This document shows, piece after piece, positions 63,013-64,000 of a stretch of DNA of 64,000 bases (the first letter of the stretch is position 1; the number at the start of each line of letters is the position of its first letter). Made by a program: the position numbers and the translations under genes. This DNA comes from Squalus acanthias. Taxonomy: Eukaryota. Under the pieces are notes generated by a model that saw nothing but the letters and a program-made list of their open reading frames with translations, had not been told where the DNA came from and ran no database searches. The DNA is taken from assembly GCA_030390025.1 (NCBI GenBank), contig CM059432.1, positions 124,188,001 through 124,252,000 of the forward strand, read 5' to 3'.

Positions 63013-64000
63013 GGGGGGAATTTTAACCCCCAAAATGGGTGGGTTTGGGTCGAGTGGGAAGTAAAAATATAGGGCTAGATTTTGAATGACCCATGGAGTC
63101 GGGTTTGGAGGCGTGTGGGGGGTTAAATTTGCGGGGTCGGGGGTCCCGACCCCATCCCGACTCCATCCTGCCTCCACGCAATTTTGACAAAATCAGTCGC
63201 GGGGTTCCCGACTCCGTCCCGCCTCCAAGAGGCGGGAGAGGCCATTAAAGCCCTTAACAAGCCCTAAATTGGCTCTGTAATGCCATTTTGAAACGTTTTA
63301 GCTAGTTTAACCCTTTTCTGACGTGAAGTACGCCTGATGTGAAACACTCCAGTGAAACCTGGCGGGAGCACAAGTGGATAGCTGATTGTCAGCTGCAGGT
63401 GCACTATTACAACGGAGATGTGATGAAGGTAGTAGTAGTATTAGGTCTGAAAGTCGCCTCTGATGCTGCTGCATTGAATGTCTTCAGAGACTGCATGGCC
63501 TTTGCTGTGAGAGGACTTGGATGCAAAAAAATTCTAATTCTCTCTCTCTCTCTCTATCTCTTCGCCCCCCCCCACCCCCCATCCATTTTGCATCTAGGTC
63601 CACTCACATCAAAAGCCAGGCAGGTCCTCTCTCAGCAACAACCAGACAGTCTCTGAGACCAGGCACACAGTCTCTGACCTGCAATGCAGCAGGAATGATG
63701 ACGTCATCAGAGGCAACTTTCAGACTGAAACCACTAATTAGTTCATGGGTTCCCACATGCTGGAACTCAATTGCCCAATTAAGTGAAAATTGCATCATTC
63801 ATCCACATTAATCTGGAGTCGGGGGGGGACCACAAAATGCGGATGACACGACCCCAACCCGACCCCAAGACAAAATCCAGCCCATAAAACATCTCAAACC
63901 CAAATCCAACCCGCCACGAACCTGCCCACTTCCAGTTTAACGGAGCCGGGACTGGGGGAGGGGGGACGACTAGGGGCGGGAAACCAACCCGCTCGCAGGA
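63013..64000. mobile_element. MITE running off the window end, host of a nested MITE
   Basis: Left terminus ggggggaattttaac. The GC-rich body resumes after 63886. Confidence 0.55.
63072..63883. mobile_element. MITE nested in a MITE
   Basis: TIRs gggctagattttg / caaaatccagccc match 12/13. TSD ATA. Confidence 0.8.

Overview
This is repeat-dense vertebrate genomic DNA, not prokaryotic. The repeat families suggest a cartilaginous fish such as a shark (inference): CR1 LINEs with (TTCTTATG)n tails, DeuSINE/SacSINE1-like SINEs and L2 elements. The only host-gene sequence I can support is one minus-strand exon (16180-16283) encoding the C-terminal coiled coil of a CCDC102-family protein, most like CCDC102B. 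No upstream exon was recognised, so 16.3-64 kb is probably one large intron. The rest is layered transposon debris: CR1 and L2/Crack-like LINE fragments, several SINE families, two decayed two-gene PIF/Harbinger transposons and more than 15 Harbinger-type MITEs with short TIRs and 3-bp TSDs. The most notable structure is a near-intact Neptune-type Penelope-like retroelement (46168-49776). It encodes RT, a Cys linker and a GIY-YIG endonuclease, has a 12-bp TSD and ~450-bp inverted arms, and each arm carries a canonical minimal hammerhead ribozyme plus a second, non-canonical hammerhead-like motif. A 162-bp hammerhead-bearing hairpin derivative of the same family is inserted elsewhere with its own 14-bp TSD. 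A 1.6-kb minisatellite appears to have grown out of the YADD catalytic motif of an L2 reverse transcriptase. Hammerheads in Penelope-like elements are a known phenomenon; the variant motif and the mini-element are the parts that may be undescribed. Most of the supplied ORFs are spurious or TE-derived. Boundaries of old repeats are approximate.
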